Below, in pieces: positions 26,710 through 38,066 of a stretch of 64,000 nt of DNA. The notes under the pieces were generated by a model, which was not told where the DNA came from, searched no databases, and was given only the letters and a program-made list of their open reading frames with translations. The stretch spans positions 3,712,001 to 3,776,000 of the forward strand of contig OZ245365.1 in NCBI GenBank assembly GCA_965226495.1. The letters are read 5' to 3'. Numbering within the stretch: the first letter of the stretch is position 1; each line of letters starts with the position of its first letter. A program made the translations under genes and the position numbers. This stretch comes from Candidatus Marinacidobacterales bacterium. GTDB taxonomy: Bacteria; Acidobacteriota; Vicinamibacteria; Marinacidobacterales; DATDRI01.

Positions 26710-29313
26710 CTAAGGAAGTTTAGCAGGCGTGGCCGAACCGTAATAGAGCGCGTTGAACAAGAGCTTGAACGTGCCGTGGGTTTGCCCACGGAACTGAGAC
26801 CGGAACCCAATTAGAATCACTCGGCCCTCTCCGTACGGCATGTCCACCACCGCTGCTTTCCTCCGTATACGCTCGTCACCGAGAATCCAACCCGATAGCA
26901 ACGGGTTGCGGTCGGGATACTTAGCTACCACCTGCCCGTTTTTCGATTCGAAATCGGGAATGAGATTGTACGTATGGCTATTATTGAAGAACGCTACGCC
27001 CGTCTTGTTCATGCCGTAGGCAATGGGATGAGCGGGATCCAGATCCACCTGGAGAAGGGAGCCGGGGCAATAGAATTCACTCGGCTCGACGTTTGCCAGA
27101 GCGTTCTCGACTGGAATGTCGAAGTATTCGATGGGAAGCTCTGTGGCGGAATCCAGACAGACGAGCGTGCCACCGCCTTCAACGAACTTGCGGAGGTTCT
27201 CGACGCCCTCCGCTCCCATTCCGCCCGCGAATTCCGGCGGCACCGTTCCCGCCTCTCGCCCTTGAACGAGTTGCTCCAACGAGCTCTCGCCGGGAAGTAC
27301 GACGACGTCGTATCGATCGCTGAGCTCAGACTTCCGCACCTCCGCATCATGCAAACTCGTGTATGGAAACTCGAACTGCTCGAAAAGCCAACGACTCCAG
27401 CCCTCGTCCTTGCTCGGTACGAACGACTTATACAGCGCCACCCGGGGAGCCTTGATCTCGAAGCCGGGTCCCCCAACACGCGAGACGGCTCGAAACGTGA
27501 GGCCCAACTCCTCGGCCAGCGACGCGATGTTGGAAGCGCCTCTGATGACGAAAGTACCCTCTGGCCAACCGTCAGAAGTTTTTCCCACTGGCTGCTTGGA
27601 GCGGAAGACGTCGGCTCCGCCTTCCAGGAGTCGGTTGACGGCGACGAAGCTGTCATTCACTCGAGGATCGAGAAGATAGACTTGCCCTGACCCGTCCACC
27701 CGGCCCGGCGGTACCTTTGCGCTCTCGATCGGCGTGAGCGCTGCTTCGAACCGAGACGTGGCTTCCACGGTGCGGACTCCCATCGCCAAGGGGAGCGTCC
27801 ATCCCGCGACGTCGTAAGGCCGCTTGGGAGGTCCGCCGGGGTACAGCGTCTGGTTCGGATGTCTCTGAGGCCGCAACAAATCCATTAAATAAGGACGGAA
27901 CGGTTGCGAGGCGAGAAAAACATAACTCCCTTCCGTGTATTCAACTCCGTCCACGACGAAAGCGCCGTCTGCGCGATGAGCTTCTACTCCGCCCGCCCGG
28001 AGGGTGTTCACCATCTTCACGGCGGTATTGGGATCGGCCTGCTCGGCGGGAATGATGAAGGCGTACGGAGGTTCCTCCGTACCCTTCTCGATACTTTCCC
28101 TTCCCATCTGATAGATTCCGAAGAGCCACCTTTCCCGGTAGCGCGCCCCTACATCCAGCAGTGCCAACGAAGCCGTCATCATGTAATCGATGGCGTCGCG
28201 GAGCCTCCACCACCCTCCCAGCCAAGGATTGGGATAGAAGGTTGAGCGCTCGGTGGCGCTCGTCCCGTCGCGGAACTCTTTCGGCAAGTCCGCCTTCGGA
28301 TAAAACTTGGGGGTCGCGTATTTGTAGAGCGCTGTCTCGGTCAAGATGCCGATCATGTTGTGGAAATAAGGCGAGGTCCTGAGACCACCGTTCCACCAGG
28401 TGCTGTAGACCATGCGAGACACCACGCCCGACTTCCCTTCCTCGGCAAAAGCTTGGGCCATGCCGGCCCCAATGAGCTGGATGTCTCTCATCACCAATGG
28501 ATGAATGTTAGGGTTCATCGGTCCATCGAAAGGGGGGAGAAAGATGCGCGCCGGGAACGGAACGCCTTGATGATGGTTGTAGACGATCTGCGGAAGCCAC
28601 TCATGGTAAATCACGCGGCCGATGTTTTGGGTCTCGGTTTGCGTGAACATGAACCAGTCACGATTGTTGTCATGTCCGGCGTACTTTGCATATAACTCGG
28701 GCAGAGGGCTGACCTCGTACGGCGAGCCCAGATTGCTCTTGTACCAATCCGCCACGATGTCGAGCCCATCCGGATTGACGCAGGGGAGAAACAGAAGGAT
28801 GACGTCGTCGAGAATCCGCTTGGTTTGAGGGCTGGAATCGGAAGCCAAATGATACAGGAGCTCGAAAGAATGCTGGGAGTGAGCAACTTCGGTAGCATGG
28901 AGGCCGCTGTCGACATAGATGACCGCCTTGCCTTCTTCCGCCAGTGCCCTTGCCTGCGCCTCGGTCAATCCGCGCGCGTGGGCGAGGCGACGGGAAATCT
29001 CCCGATAGCGCCCCAACTTACTGAAGTTCTCCGGTGACGTAATGACCGCCATGATCATCGGCTTTCCCATAGATGATGGACCGATCTCACTCACTTGAAC
29101 GCGGTCTGACGCTTGGTCAACGATTCGAAAGTAACCCAGCAGCTGGTCGTAATCAGCAAGCTTGTAGTCGGCACCCGGGCGAAACCCGAGGAACGATTCG
29201 GGGCGGGGCACGTCCTCATTGGCGAGAAGAGGGTAGGTCGCGGTGACAAACACCAGTAGCGTAAGAGTGATAGTTGCTCTCACCGACCTGTTCAAAACAC
29301 TGTCTTCTTTCAT
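26710..29313 (-). CDS. Secreted M14 zinc carboxypeptidase-like protein
   Basis: LHATE, NPDG, GHDNNRD, YNHHQ; GATase-like C-terminal part; start near MKEDSV. Confidence 0.88.
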   Translation of the reverse strand: MKEDSVLNRSVRATITLTLLVFVTATYPLLANEDVPRPESFLGFRPGADYKLADYDQLLGYFRIVDQASDRVQVSEIGPSSMGKPMIMAVITSPENFSKLGRYREISRRLAHARGLTEAQARALAEEGKAVIYVDSGLHATEVAHSQHSFELLYHLASDSSPQTKRILDDVILLFLPCVNPDGLDIVADWYKSNLGSPYEVSPLPELYAKYAGHDNNRDWFMFTQTETQNIGRVIYHEWLPQIVYNHHQGVPFPARIFLPPFDGPMNPNIHPLVMRDIQLIGAGMAQAFAEEGKSGVVSRMVYSTWWNGGLRTSPYFHNMIGILTETALYKYATPKFYPKADLPKEFRDGTSATERSTFYPNPWLGGWWRLRDAIDYMMTASLALLDVGARYRERWLFGIYQMGRESIEKGTEEPPYAFIIPAEQADPNTAVKMVNTLRAGGVEAHRADGAFVVDGVEYTEGSYVFLASQPFRPYLMDLLRPQRHPNQTLYPGGPPKRPYDVAGWTLPLAMGVRTVEATSRFEAALTPIESAKVPPGRVDGSGQVYLLDPRVNDSFVAVNRLLEGGADVFRSKQPVGKTSDGWPEGTFVIRGASNIASLAEELGLTFRAVSRVGGPGFEIKAPRVALYKSFVPSKDEGWSRWLFEQFEFPYTSLHDAEVRKSELSDRYDVVVLPGESSLEQLVQGREAGTVPPEFAGGMGAEGVENLRKFVEGGGTLVCLDSATELPIEYFDIPVENALANVEPSEFYCPGSLLQVDLDPAHPIAYGMNKTGVAFFNNSHTYNLIPDFESKNGQVVAKYPDRNPLLSGWILGDERIRRKAAVVDMPYGEGRVILIGFRSQFRGQTHGTFKLLFNALYYGSATPAKLP

Positions 29314-29383
29314 ATCGGATCCAAGACGGGGCGGGCGCCTCCAGCGAGCCCGCCGTCGAATCCGGTGTAAACTATAGCCCACA

Positions 29384-32300
29384 ATGGCGAATTCCGTACG
29401 GGACCAGCTACAAGAAATCCTCTCTCAGCGCATTCTCGTGTTCGACGGGGCGATGGGGACGATGATCCAGGCCTACAAACCCGACGAGTCCGACTTTCGT
29501 GGCTCGATGTTCGCCGACCATCCCAAGGACTTGAAGGGCTGCAACGATCTCCTGTCTCTGACTCGTCCTCAGATGATCGAAGAGATCCATCGCGCCCACT
29601 TCGAAGCCGGCGCCGACATCCTCGAGACCAACACATTCAACGCCAACGCTATCTCCATGAGCGACTACGGGCTCGAATCCCAGGTGTATGAGATGAACCG
29701 CGCAGCCGCAAATATCGCCAAGCGCGTGGCAAACGAGTTCTCGGAGAGAGAGCCCGACAAGCCTCGTTTCGTGGCCGGCTCGATGGGACCCACCAATCGC
29801 ACCGCGTCGCTTTCACCGGACGTGAGTAACGCCTCGCTGAGGAACACGTCGTTCGAGGCGCTACGCGATGCTTACTACGAGCAGGCGCGCGGCCTTGTCG
29901 ACGGCGGCGTCGATATTCTTCTGCCAGAGACTTCTTTCGATACGCTCAACATGAAGGCGGCGCTCTTCGCCATCCAGCAGCTATTCGAGGAGCGGGGCGA
30001 AGTGATACCGGTCATCGCTTCGGTCACCGTGGTGGATGCCAGCGGCCGAACGCTCTCCGGGCAAACTCCAGAAGCCTTTTGGAACTCGGTGTCTCACGCG
30101 CCGCTGTTTGCGGTGGGCATCAACTGCTCGCTCGGCCCCGCGACGATGCGTCCCTACGTCGAGGAGCTGGCGACGGTCTCCAATCTTTTCGTGAGCTGCG
30201 TGCCCAACGCGGGCTTGCCAAACGCGTTCGGCGAGTACGATGAGACCCCGGAGCAAATGGCCACGGTCTTGGGCGAGTTTGCGCGAGAGGGTTGGCTCAA
30301 TCTCGCCGGGGGTTGCTGCGGGAGCACGTCGGAACACACCAAGGCCATCGCGGAAGCGGTTCGTGGCGTCCGTCCGCACTCACCATCGAGCCCCGAACCT
30401 TACTCTCGCTACAGTGGCCTCGAACCCCTGACGATCCGACCCGAATCGAGCTTCATCGTAATCGGCGAACGCACCAACGTCACCGGTTCCAAGAAATTCG
30501 CCCGACTCATACAGTCGGAAGACTACGAGAGTGCTCTCGAAGTGGCGCGTGGCCAAGTGGAAGGTGGCGCCAACATCATCGACGTCAACATGGACGAAGG
30601 GCTTCTCGACTCCGAAAAAGTGATGACCACGTTCCTCAACCTGCTGGCAACGGAACCGGATGTCGCACGGTTGCCCATCATGGTCGATAGCTCCAAGTTC
30701 TCGGTCATCGAAGCGGGGCTCAAGTGTCTACAAGGTAAAGGCATCGTGAACTCCATAAGCCTCAAGGAGGGTGAGGAGAAGTTCCGTGAGCAAGCGCGCC
30801 TCATCAGACATTACGGCGCGGCGGTGGTTGTGATGGCGTTCGACGAAGAAGGACAAGCGACGGCGGCGGCGCGAAAGGTCGAGATTCTCGGGAGGGCGTA
30901 TCGCATCTTGACCAAGGAAGTCGGTTTCCCGCCCGAGGACATTATCTTCGACCCTAATGTTCTAACCGTCGCCACCGGCATCGAAGAGCACAACGAGTAC
31001 GCCACGTCGTTCCTCGAAGCGACACGGCAGCTGAAACGCCGTTTCCCCGGCGCCAAGGTGAGCGGCGGGATCAGTAACCTCTCCTTCTCTTTCCGTGGCA
31101 ACAACCTCGTCCGCGAGGCGATGAACTCGGCATTCCTGTATCACGCGATTCACGCGGGCCTCGACATGGGCATCATCAACGCCGGCCAGCTGGCCGTTTA
31201 TGATGAGATTCCGCATGAGCTTCGAGACCTCATCGAGGATGTTCTCTTCAACCGTAACCCCGATGCAACGGAGCGCTTGACCGACTACGCTCAGTCGCAT
31301 GCCGGCCCCGGCAAGGTTCAAGAAAAGGACGAGGCATGGCGAGACGGGCCGGTGGAAAAGCGCCTCAAACACTCACTCATAAAGGGAATCGCCGACCATA
31401 TCGAAGCCGACGCCGAGGAAGCTCGCAAAAAATACGGCCGCCCACTTTCGGTCATCGAGGGCCCCTTGATGGACGGCATGAGCGTCGTCGGGGATCTCTT
31501 CGGTTCCGGAAAGATGTTTCTTCCCCAGGTGGTGAAGACCGCGAGAGTGATGAAGAAGGCGGTGGCCTATCTCGAACCGTTCATGGAAACCGAAGAGGCA
31601 GAATCACCGAATGCTAACCATCAAGGAAAACTACTACTCGCAACCGTCAAGGGCGACGTTCACGACATTGGCAAGAACATCGTTGGTGTCGTTCTAGCTT
31701 GCAACGGATACAAGATCATCGACCTCGGGGTGATGGTCCCGGCGGACAAAATTCTTCGAACCGCGAAGGAAGAAAAAGTAGACATTATTGGGTTGAGTGG
31801 ACTCATCACGCCATCTCTCGATGAGATGGTCCACGTCGCATCCGAAATGGAACGCACCCAGTTCAAAGTGCCCCTTCTGATTGGCGGCGCCACGACGTCC
31901 CGTAAACACACCGCGGTCAAGATCGCACCCGCCTATAGCCAGGGCACCGTTCATGTCGTCGACGCTTCCCGCGCCGTACGTGTGGTGAGCGACCTACTGA
32001 ACGTCGGGGCGAAGCTCGACTTCGTCGAAAAGAATCGGCAGGAGCAGACCCAGATTCGCGAAGACTACGAAGGTGGTCTAACTCGGGAGCTCATTCCTTA
32101 CGAGGAGGCCCGACGCAGGCGCGTCGAGATCGACCCTCATCCAGCGCTGGTTGCGAAACCCGAGTTCCTGGGGGTCAGAGCACTCGACGACATTCCGCTC
32201 GGCGAGATCGTCCCCTACATCGACTGGACGCCCTTCTTCCATACCTGGGAATTCCGTGGCGTCTTCCCCGCCATTCTGGAGAAACCCGACATAGGAGAGG

Positions 32301-33073
32301 CGGCTCGGGAGCTCTACGAGAACGCACTGAGCCTAATGAACGATATCGTCGATAAGAAACTCCTACGAGCGCGTGCCGTCTACGGATTTTTTCCCGCCAA
32401 TTCCGAAGGTGACGACGTCATCATCTATAAGGACGATTCTCGGGAAGAAGAACGCGTTCGAGTCCACACCTTGCGGCAACAACAGGCCAAGCGGGACGGC
32501 CAAGGCTACCTGGCACTCGCGGACTTCGTGGCGCCGGTTGGGTCGGGATTGAACGACCACATCGGTGCCTTTGCAGTGACCGCGGGGCACGGAGTCGAGG
32601 AACTCGTGTCCCGGTTCGAAAAGGATCACGACGACTACAACGCCATCATGGCTAAGGCCCTCGCCGATCGCCTGGCCGAGGCCTTGGCGGAAAAACTCCA
32701 CGAGGAGGCTCGCAGCGAGTCGGGATTTGGTAAAGACGAGCGCCTCCACAAAGAGGACCTCATTCGCGAACGCTATCGGGGCATTCGTCCCGCCCCCGGC
32801 TACCCCGCATCGCCAGACCATACCGAAAAGGCGACGCTCTTTCGGTTGTTGGATGCAGAAAAGAATACTTGTATTTCTTTGACCGAGACCTTTGCGATGC
32901 TTCCCGCCGCCTCGGTGAGCGGCTTCTACTTCAATCACCCGGAGGCGCGGTACTTCAGCGTGGGAAAGATTGGCGAAGACCAGGTCGCCGACTACGCCCG
33001 GCGAAAGTCCCTGACCCAGGTCGAGGTCGAGAGATGGCTAGGGCCTTATCTTGGCTACCAACCCAAGGCCTAA
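29384..33073 (+). CDS. metH: Cobalamin-dependent methionine synthase
   Basis: [37 protein letters not shown]; 1229 aa. Confidence 0.98.
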   Translation: MANSVRDQLQEILSQRILVFDGAMGTMIQAYKPDESDFRGSMFADHPKDLKGCNDLLSLTRPQMIEEIHRAHFEAGADILETNTFNANAISMSDYGLESQVYEMNRAAANIAKRVANEFSEREPDKPRFVAGSMGPTNRTASLSPDVSNASLRNTSFEALRDAYYEQARGLVDGGVDILLPETSFDTLNMKAALFAIQQLFEERGEVIPVIASVTVVDASGRTLSGQTPEAFWNSVSHAPLFAVGINCSLGPATMRPYVEELATVSNLFVSCVPNAGLPNAFGEYDETPEQMATVLGEFAREGWLNLAGGCCGSTSEHTKAIAEAVRGVRPHSPSSPEPYSRYSGLEPLTIRPESSFIVIGERTNVTGSKKFARLIQSEDYESALEVARGQVEGGANIIDVNMDEGLLDSEKVMTTFLNLLATEPDVARLPIMVDSSKFSVIEAGLKCLQGKGIVNSISLKEGEEKFREQARLIRHYGAAVVVMAFDEEGQATAAARKVEILGRAYRILTKEVGFPPEDIIFDPNVLTVATGIEEHNEYATSFLEATRQLKRRFPGAKVSGGISNLSFSFRGNNLVREAMNSAFLYHAIHAGLDMGIINAGQLAVYDEIPHELRDLIEDVLFNRNPDATERLTDYAQSHAGPGKVQEKDEAWRDGPVEKRLKHSLIKGIADHIEADAEEARKKYGRPLSVIEGPLMDGMSVVGDLFGSGKMFLPQVVKTARVMKKAVAYLEPFMETEEAESPNANHQGKLLLATVKGDVHDIGKNIVGVVLACNGYKIIDLGVMVPADKILRTAKEEKVDIIGLSGLITPSLDEMVHVASEMERTQFKVPLLIGGATTSRKHTAVKIAPAYSQGTVHVVDASRAVRVVSDLLNVGAKLDFVEKNRQEQTQIREDYEGGLTRELIPYEEARRRRVEIDPHPALVAKPEFLGVRALDDIPLGEIVPYIDWTPFFHTWEFRGVFPAILEKPDIGEAARELYENALSLMNDIVDKKLLRARAVYGFFPANSEGDDVIIYKDDSREEERVRVHTLRQQQAKRDGQGYLALADFVAPVGSGLNDHIGAFAVTAGHGVEELVSRFEKDHDDYNAIMAKALADRLAEALAEKLHEEARSESGFGKDERLHKEDLIRERYRGIRPAPGYPASPDHTEKATLFRLLDAEKNTCISLTETFAMLPAASVSGFYFNHPEARYFSVGKIGEDQVADYARRKSLTQVEVERWLGPYLGYQPKA

Positions 33074-33666
33074 CTCAGAAACGTGAAGTACCTCCAAGTT
33101 CCCATGAAGGCCTTGCTGACGTTGCAGGTGCCTTGCCCGGCGGTGTGCTGAAGCTCTTCGAGAAGGTGGCCGCCCATTCGCACATGGTTGAGCGACATCC
33201 ATCGAGCGAAACCCGCGAACGGCGAATCGTGGAAATCCACGGCGGCCAAGATCCCTCCTCTTCGCAGTCGCGACAGCGCCGCCTCAATCGCCACTTTCCA
33301 TCCCGGGTTGGTCATTGACAGCGAATAGCTGAATAACACGAGGTCGAAGGGCTCCGACTCCGCGGGCACTCCCGGAAACTCGCCCTGCAAGAGACCCATT
33401 CGATCTGACCATCGGTTGAGCTTCCTTTCCGCCTTAGACAGCATATCGGGCGAGAGATCGACGCCGGTCAGGCTCGCCGACGGAAAAAGCTCGGCAAGCC
33501 TTCGCAAGTTCCTTCCGGTCCCGCACCCGACCTCGAGGACGCGCCGTGGAGTGAGGCGATCGGCGACTTGCCGCAAGAGCTCCTCCCGGCCGAAAAGGAA
33601 GGCCCAGCGCGTCGCATCGTAGAAGCGAGCGTGCAACCGGTAATAGCTCTCTACGCGATCCACCAT
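33070..33666 (-). CDS. Class I SAM-dependent methyltransferase (BtaB-like)
   Basis: [41 protein letters not shown]. Confidence 0.8.
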   Translation of the reverse strand: MVDRVESYYRLHARFYDATRWAFLFGREELLRQVADRLTPRRVLEVGCGTGRNLRRLAELFPSASLTGVDLSPDMLSKAERKLNRWSDRMGLLQGEFPGVPAESEPFDLVLFSYSLSMTNPGWKVAIEAALSRLRRGGILAAVDFHDSPFAGFARWMSLNHVRMGGHLLEELQHTAGQGTCNVSKAFMGTWRYFTFLS

Positions 33667-33778
33667 GAAGTCTCACTGTCCGAACGAGTTGACGAGCCCC
33701 AACCCCGCGAAGATAGGAAGACAGATTGTAGCCGACAGACGGCGGGCCGGAACATCGATCACCCTCTGGGGGCCCCTC

Positions 33779-33836
33779 CCACTAGATGTGGGGCCCAAGG
33801 CGCTTGACAGGGGCCGAATATACCTATATATAGTGT
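33779..33836 (+). promoter_or_regulatory. Sigma70-like promoter overlapped by two NrdR-box-like sites
   Basis: ccaCtAgATgTgGggc (33779-33794) and tacCtAtATaTaGtgt (33821-33836), 42 bp apart; TTGACA at 33804-33809. Confidence 0.6.
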
Positions 33837-33933
33837 AGGTACCCCCGAGAGAACTTGATTGGCGCATAGGTCTACGAACCGTAGACTCTATCAAGGCTGG
33901 GCGCTTCATTGGCCCATATTTGGAGGGTTCTAA

Positions 33934-34131
33934 ATGGCAAAGCGGAGAAAGAAAAAGGCTGGCGGTTCCGCCGCAGCGATCAAGAAGGTTAGGACGACTG
34001 CCAAGCGACTCGCCAATAAGGCAAGGGCGAAAATTCGCAAACAGCAGAGAGAGATCGCACGGTTGAAGAAGCAGAACGCACGCCTCAAGAAAGCGGCCAA
34101 GAAAAAGGCCTCGAGACGCCGCAAGAAGTAG
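33934..34131 (+). CDS. Small very basic histone-like/coiled-coil protein
   Basis: RBS GGAGGG, own promoter and terminator; 31 of 65 residues K/R. Confidence 0.75.
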   Translation: MAKRRKKKAGGSAAAIKKVRTTAKRLANKARAKIRKQQREIARLKKQNARLKKAAKKKASRRRKK

Positions 34132-34151
34132 CTCTTCGCGGTAACCACTAG

Positions 34152-34211
34152 CCGGCCCCCCCCGATCGCCGGCACCATCCGGTGATCGGGGGTCCCGGTT
34201 TCCTTTTTTTT
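34152..34211 (+). terminator. Rho-independent terminator
   Basis: cccccgatcgccgg-caccat-ccggtgatcggggg stem followed by a T-rich tract. Confidence 0.75.
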
Positions 34212-34248
34212 CCTGGATTCGGCAACTTTTTCTTATAGTCTCATCTTC

Positions 34249-35650
34249 ATGTCTGGCCCCAACCTGTCCTTCCACGGTGGCGCTGGGACGGTCACCGGGC
34301 TCCCGTCATCTTCTAAGCGTTTCCGGACTCCAACTCTTGGTCGATGCCGGCTTGTTCCAGGGGTTGAAGAAGTTGCGGCTTCTCAACTGGCAGGAGCCCG
34401 ACTTCGATCCTCGGTCGGTCGATCCTCTATTCCTCACCCACGCGCACATCGATCATAGCGGCTACCTTCCCCGACTCGTGCGCCAGGGTTACTCCAACCC
34501 GGTTTATTGCACCCCGGCGACTATGGATCTGGTGAGGCTCCTCCTATTGGACTCCGCGAAGATTCAAGAAGAAGACGCGAACTACGCCAACCGAAAAGGA
34601 TTCAGCAAACACCGACCGGCCCTGCCGCTTTACACCAGCGCGGACGCGGAGGCCGCCTTCGAGTTGATGAGACCGCTGCCCTACGGCGAATGGCTCGAGG
34701 TCCGAGAAGGGGTTCGTGCTCGGTTCCTCAATGTGGGCCACATACTGGGCTCGGCGATGGTCGAAGTACGCATGCCCATCGGGAAAAAGGAACAGGGCAT
34801 CGTGTTCAGCGGCGACGTCGGACGATACGATGTGCCATTGCATTCCGACCCCTCGGAACCTCCAGCCAGCAACCTGCTGGTCGTCGAATCGACATACGGG
34901 AATCGCACTCACGATGCCAAACCGATCGCGGAGCAGATCACCGAGCCCTTCAAAGAAGTCTTCGCGCGAGGAGGAATCGTGTTGATCCCTTCTTTCGCGG
35001 TGGGCAGGGCTCAGCTTGTCACTCTCATCTTGCGCGAGCTGATGAACGAGGGTCGTCTTCCAGAGGTGCCTATCCATATCGATAGCCCGATGGCGGTCAA
35101 TGCTACCCGCATCTACAGTAAGCATCTCGACGACGGAAGTCTCGATGACGAGTTGTCGGAAGATGGGGGAAGCCGTCTCTTCCCTCGAAACGTGGAGTTC
35201 CACCGCACGGTCGACGAATCGAAGGAACTCAACAAACTGTCCGGCCCTCGCATCATCATCTCCGCGAGCGGCATGCTGACCGCCGGCCGCGTCCTTCATC
35301 ATTTGCGCCGACTATTGCCGGACAAGCAGAACCTCATCTTGCTGGTTGGCTATCAGGCGGCGGGGACACGCGGTCGGGCGCTACTCGAAGGTGCTAAGAC
35401 GCTACGGATGCACGGACGGCAGGTCCCGGTTCGCGCGAAATTCCGTTCGGTACACGGCCTGTCAGCACACGCCGACCAAGAGGAGCTCATTCGATGGATT
35501 GGCTCCTCGAAGTCTCCTCCCAAGACCGTTTTCGTGACTCATGGTGAGCCAAAAGCATCCAAGGCTCTCGCCGAACGAATAGAAAAAGAGTTCGGCTCCC
35601 GCTGCTTCGTACCTCGATTGCAAGATCGCTTCGACCTCGCAACACTCTAG
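34249..35650 (+). CDS. MBL-fold beta-CASP RNA-processing hydrolase; one-base frameshift near 34298
   Basis: MSGPNLSFHGGAGTVTG joins SRHLL after removing one G; THAHIDHSG, GHILGS, FSGD, ESTYG, LSAHAD, HGE. Confidence 0.88.
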
Positions 35651-35812
35651 ACCGACTACCCGCGGCATCGCTTCTAGAAACGGAGAACTACCACGCTTTT
35701 CTTGACTTCCGTTCGGCTCGCGTTGAGCTTCGCGGAGTGCGGAAACACAAAAGACTTCATATTGTCGAATGGCGCGGAAGGCCTTATCTAGATCGTCAGC
35801 CGGCCCCCTGGA

Positions 35813-35847
35813 TTGACTTGGCGCGGTGTTGCGCATACAGTATGCGC
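35813..35847 (+). promoter_or_regulatory. Sigma70 promoter with palindromic operator
   Basis: TTGACT (35813) -N17- TACAGT (35836); palindrome gcgcatac-a-gtatgcgc at 35831-35847 overlaps the -10. Confidence 0.7.
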
Positions 35848-35864
35848 CAAAGAGCACAGCGTTC

Positions 35865-36701
35865 ATGCACATAAGCCCATCAAAATGTGTTGCTTGCGGT
35901 AATTGCGTCGCGATCTGCCCTATGGAGGCCATCGCGATCAACCCGATATCGAACCGCGCGGAGATCGATCAGGCCAACTGCGTCGAGTGTTATCAGTGCT
36001 TTCGCGGAATGAGCCAAGAGCACCTAAACCCAACCGTGGTGCGTTCGCTGCGAAAAGTCTTGGGCTGGATGCGTCTTCGTTTCGAGCCCGAGCCGGACGT
36101 CTGCCCGACCGCCGCGTTCGAGCCCGATGAGCTGTCCTGGCCCCGGGTCGTTAGACGAGCCTTCTCCGACGTTACTGCTACGCACGAGAGCACCGGCATC
36201 CACGGCCGAGGCACCGAGGAAGTCAAAACTAACGATGTGACCCGGCGCGTTCAGAACGGCGAGGCGGGCTTCGTCGTCGAGTTCGGTCGCCCGAGTATCG
36301 GGGTGTGGTTCAAGGATATCTATCGCATGACGACTCGACTCGCCGAAGCGGGTGCGGAGTTCGAGCCCAACAATCCGGTGACGCACTTGATGACGGACCC
36401 TGCGCGGGGCCGGATTAAAGAAGATGTTCTCGGCGAGAAGGTCTTATCCGCGATCGTCGAGTTTAAGATACCCCTAGGTCGGGTCGATGAAATGCTCGAC
36501 GTCATCGAGACGACGGCACCGACCCTCGATACAGTGGTCTCCTTAGGAATCGGTGCCGTTTGCGATTCAGACGGGTCCAACCCCGTCCCGGAGATCATGT
36601 CGCGCCGTGGCTACTCGGTTGTCCGCGGGAAAACCAACCTTGGCCTGGGGCGGGCCACCAATCAGGAAACGGCCGAAACAGAGCTCGAGGTGACGCGGTG
36701 A
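35865..36701 (+). CDS. 2x[4Fe-4S] ferredoxin-domain protein with uncharacterised C-terminal domain
   Basis: CVACGNCVAICP and CVECYQC...VCP; GRGTEEVKTNDVT, EFGRP, KTNLGLGR. Confidence 0.85.
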   Translation: MHISPSKCVACGNCVAICPMEAIAINPISNRAEIDQANCVECYQCFRGMSQEHLNPTVVRSLRKVLGWMRLRFEPEPDVCPTAAFEPDELSWPRVVRRAFSDVTATHESTGIHGRGTEEVKTNDVTRRVQNGEAGFVVEFGRPSIGVWFKDIYRMTTRLAEAGAEFEPNNPVTHLMTDPARGRIKEDVLGEKVLSAIVEFKIPLGRVDEMLDVIETTAPTLDTVVSLGIGAVCDSDGSNPVPEIMSRRGYSVVRGKTNLGLGRATNQETAETELEVTR

Positions 36702-37375
36702 CCAATACACTTCACCGTTCCGGTCAACCCGACGATCTCAAGGACGATTACATTCTGTTCGCCATGTGCACGCGGGGAAAGAACGATGTGGGAGCACCGG
36801 AACGCCTCCGAGAGTTTCTGAGAATCTGCGCTCGGCACAACCCCATCAACATGGGTGATGGAAGAGACGGAGGCATCCACCGTCCGTCTCGAAGTCTGAA
36901 TCCGCTTGTCCACTGGCGTCGTCCCGAAAACGGTTCGATGGAAGACGTCATCGAAGGGATCACCGCGCCCACCACTGCCGCGGCGGTCTTCGACAACCCC
37001 GACTCGCTTCGCGAGTGTCTCCAAGAGGTCAAAGCTGCCGACCTGGGACTCTCGATCAACATCTCCGCGCTGACGGAAGACGCGAGGCAGTGTAGCGAGC
37101 AAGCGGGGATCGATCGACACGCTGTCGAGTACTCGCTCGGGTTCTTGGGGAAAACGAGCAAGCTACCGGAATCGAACGTTCTCTCTCTCATCACGATGTG
37201 CGGCCACGGGATGGTCTCTAGTGCGTTCGCTCAGAAGATGATCGACTGGGTCAAAACCGATCGCAAGACTCCTGCCGAATGCGCCCGCTACATGACACGT
37301 TTCTGTGTATGTGGTGTTTTCAACCCCGTACGAGCGGAGCGGCTACTCCGTCAAAGGTCTAACAATGCCGGCTAA
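36698..37375 (+). CDS. Uncharacterised Cys-motif (probable Fe-S) protein
   Basis: GTG start overlaps the upstream TGA; MTNTLHRSG..., TMCGHGMVS, C..FCVCGVFNPVRA. Confidence 0.75.
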   Translation: MTNTLHRSGQPDDLKDDYILFAMCTRGKNDVGAPERLREFLRICARHNPINMGDGRDGGIHRPSRSLNPLVHWRRPENGSMEDVIEGITAPTTAAAVFDNPDSLRECLQEVKAADLGLSINISALTEDARQCSEQAGIDRHAVEYSLGFLGKTSKLPESNVLSLITMCGHGMVSSAFAQKMIDWVKTDRKTPAECARYMTRFCVCGVFNPVRAERLLRQRSNNAG

Positions 37376-38066
37376 CAGGCTCAAGGGCAAGAGGTTGGAA
37401 AGACATACTCTCGCCGATCAGGCCTACGCTTCCCTCAAGAAGGCGATGCTGGAGGGAGATCTTCGCCCCGGCGAACGCTTGAAGGAGCTCGAGATCGCAA
37501 AATCACTCGGAGCAAGCCGCACCCCGGTCCGGGAAGCGTTGTCGAGGCTGGAACAAGAGGGCCTCGTCCAACCCTTTCCGTCAGGAGGGCTGACCGTCGT
37601 CGAGCTATCGCCGGACGACATCGAGCAAATCTTCGGTCTCTTGAAGGTCGTGGAGCCCTATGCGTGCAAGCTCGCCCTGGAGAACATCACGGAAAAACAA
37701 CTCGAGAAGATCGAGTCGATTTGTGCGCGTGCCGAAGGGCTTACGGAGGACAACGAGCGCCGCATCGAATTGAACCGACGCTTTCATGAGGTGCTGATTG
37801 AAGTGACGGGACACCTACGACTCATCGAGCTCGTCTCCAACGTACGCTCGGCGATGCAACCCTATCGCGTCATCACCATGAACTCGCCCGAGTTCCAATC
37901 CTCGCCCGAATTTCTGACCCTAATGGTGCGAGACCACACTCAGATCGCCCAGGCGTTGAGAGCGCGCGACGAGGAGCGGCTCGTTAGGCTGGTCCACGCG
38001 CACGACGAAGTGGCAAAACGCAGCTTGATCGATTTTACTTGGGGGAAGGGTAAAGAACAATCTTAG
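37365..38066 (+). CDS. GntR family regulator (FCD domain)
   Basis: LRPGERLKE, ASRTPVREAL, NRRFH, DHTQI. Confidence 0.93.
   Translation: MPANRLKGKRLERHTLADQAYASLKKAMLEGDLRPGERLKELEIAKSLGASRTPVREALSRLEQEGLVQPFPSGGLTVVELSPDDIEQIFGLLKVVEPYACKLALENITEKQLEKIESICARAEGLTEDNERRIELNRRFHEVLIEVTGHLRLIELVSNVRSAMQPYRVITMNSPEFQSSPEFLTLMVRDHTQIAQALRARDEERLVRLVHAHDEVAKRSLIDFTWGKGKEQS

Noticed and set aside
29314-29383. SAM or cobalamin riboswitch upstream of metH
   Set aside because: The intergenic gap is only about 70 bp and lacks the conserved motifs
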